This document shows positions 62,771-64,000 of a stretch of 64,000 nucleotides of DNA, one piece after another. The translations under genes and the position numbers were made by a program. The DNA comes from Sphyrna mokarran (lineage: Eukaryota). Each line of letters opens with the position of its first letter. Position 1 is the stretch's first letter. The notes beneath the pieces are model-generated. The model saw only the letters and a list, made by a program, of their open reading frames with translations. It was not told the origin of the DNA and did no database searches. The DNA lies in NCBI GenBank assembly GCA_024679065.1, contig JAGIQG010000020.1, positions 17,360,001 through 17,424,000 on the forward strand. Direction: 5' to 3'.

Positions 62771-64000
62771 GTTCTCTGGTTAATGAGTGACTATCTTAGA
62801 TATGTTCATAATAGAGAAGTATTCTGAACACGGGATGTGGTGAATGGCAGGACAGTTGTGGGATTGGCACCGAGGCTTTGAGTAGGATTGTCTAATGTGT
62901 TGTTCAAGAGTTTCCTTTTAATCATTTTAACATGAAATTTACAGTTTAATTAAGTGCCATGTCTTATCTGCTTTTTATATTTTGCTCTTGGCAGACAACT
63001 TGCATTCTTGCTCAGCACATTTTAACCATTTTGGATATCCGGCTTCAAAGTCTTGCCTCTCTGACTGTAGAAATTGTAATTGGGAAATCTAAACTGTTTT
63101 AAGTGGGTCCTAGCCCACAAAGCGAATTGACAGTAAACTGTTGTGTTTGCTTATGTCACAAGGACAGGAAATTGCAGAATGAATTGTGCTGCTGAAGAGA
63201 TTGCTACTTGAAGGTTGGCATTTAAGCATTGTGGTAGGGTAAGGTAGAAGCAGTTTTTATTCGGATGTGTTTTTAATCTAGTGGGGGAGGAGTAGCTGTA
63301 GAAAAGTGGAGAGACTGAGCCTAGAGTGTTTCTGACTTCACTTTTTCCATTCGCCCCCACACCACCCACCATTCCTTATATATTCTTAGTGAATCCTGAT
63401 CTCTTTCAGAAATTTTGTATACATAAGTAAATTATTTAATGACTTCCAAGTATGTATAATCAGTCTAGAAAACCGAATGTTGCTTTCCATTTTTTACAAT
63501 TATTGTAAGCACTATATTTTGAAGTTTTCATTGCCACTGCAAAACAGTAATTGTGGAGTGTTTTGACTTGATGAATTCTCCCAACCTGAAGACTGGCAAG
63601 TCATAATGCAATTCACTTAACTATAACGTTGTGAAATGGAGGTTGAGTAATCGTTTTTCCCAAAAATTGAAACCGGTTTGTGTTTTCGAATGACGATTGC
63701 AAATATTCATATACAGAAAGTTTTTAAACTGTTCCAGTACATATAGGCTTAAAAAAACAAAAATTTGAGGGGGACTTGAATACAAACTGTCAGTTCTTCT
63801 GTGAACTAATGTGCTGTTGCCAGGCTGCATGTAAGCATTGGGCTTGAATATGTAAAAAAAAATTCCACCTGTGAACTTTGGACTGATAGGTTTGGAGAAT
63901 TGGTGGTACTTTCCACTAATCGATATTTAGTGAAAGACCAAAAATAATATACAGCAAGAATGTAGTTAGATTTCAGTGACAACGCCAGTAACTACTTCTA

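Larger units (their letters stand above)
2342..64000 (+). other. MED13L: MED13L intron 2 (incomplete, >61 kb)
   Basis: Starts with GTAAGT. The expected exon 3 peptide ([28 protein letters not shown]) is not in the ORF track and was not found by reading. Confidence 0.75.

Noticed and set aside
1-64000. CRISPR arrays, operons or other prokaryotic systems
   Set aside because: No repeat-spacer arrays or dense coding; the sequence is spliced vertebrate genomic DNA.

Overview
This is AT-rich eukaryotic genomic DNA, very probably from a cartilaginous fish (shark or ray), judged by HE1-type V-SINEs, SacSINE-like DeuSINEs, abundant CR1 LINEs and Penelope-like elements. It holds the 5' end of MED13L (Mediator kinase-module subunit) on the + strand: a CpG-rich promoter and leader (~1-814), coding exon 1 (815-883), a 1.22 kb intron 1, coding exon 2 (2104-2341), then an intron 2 that apparently runs past the window end (no exon 3 found). 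Most other ORF-track entries are noise or decayed transposon fragments. Intron 2 highlights: (1) a full-length decayed Ty1/copia LTR retrotransposon (20056-25067) with TG..CA LTRs, AGTAC target duplication, tRNA-iMet primer site and polypurine tract; (2) a young Penelope-type insertion forming a perfect 91-bp inverted repeat, with a 13-bp target duplication and a hammerhead-ribozyme-like core whose stem II covaries across three copies in the window; (3) a ~240-bp local sequence copied into the RT of a Rex1/Babar-like LINE 1.7 kb away; (4) nested LINE/SINE insertions and SINE/LINE pairs sharing 3' tails; (5) uORFs, one overlapping the MED13L start codon. I see no convincing wholly new multi-gene system; the best leads are these RNA-structure and mobile-element observations. 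Coordinates of old repeats are approximate, and family names come from recall, not database searches.
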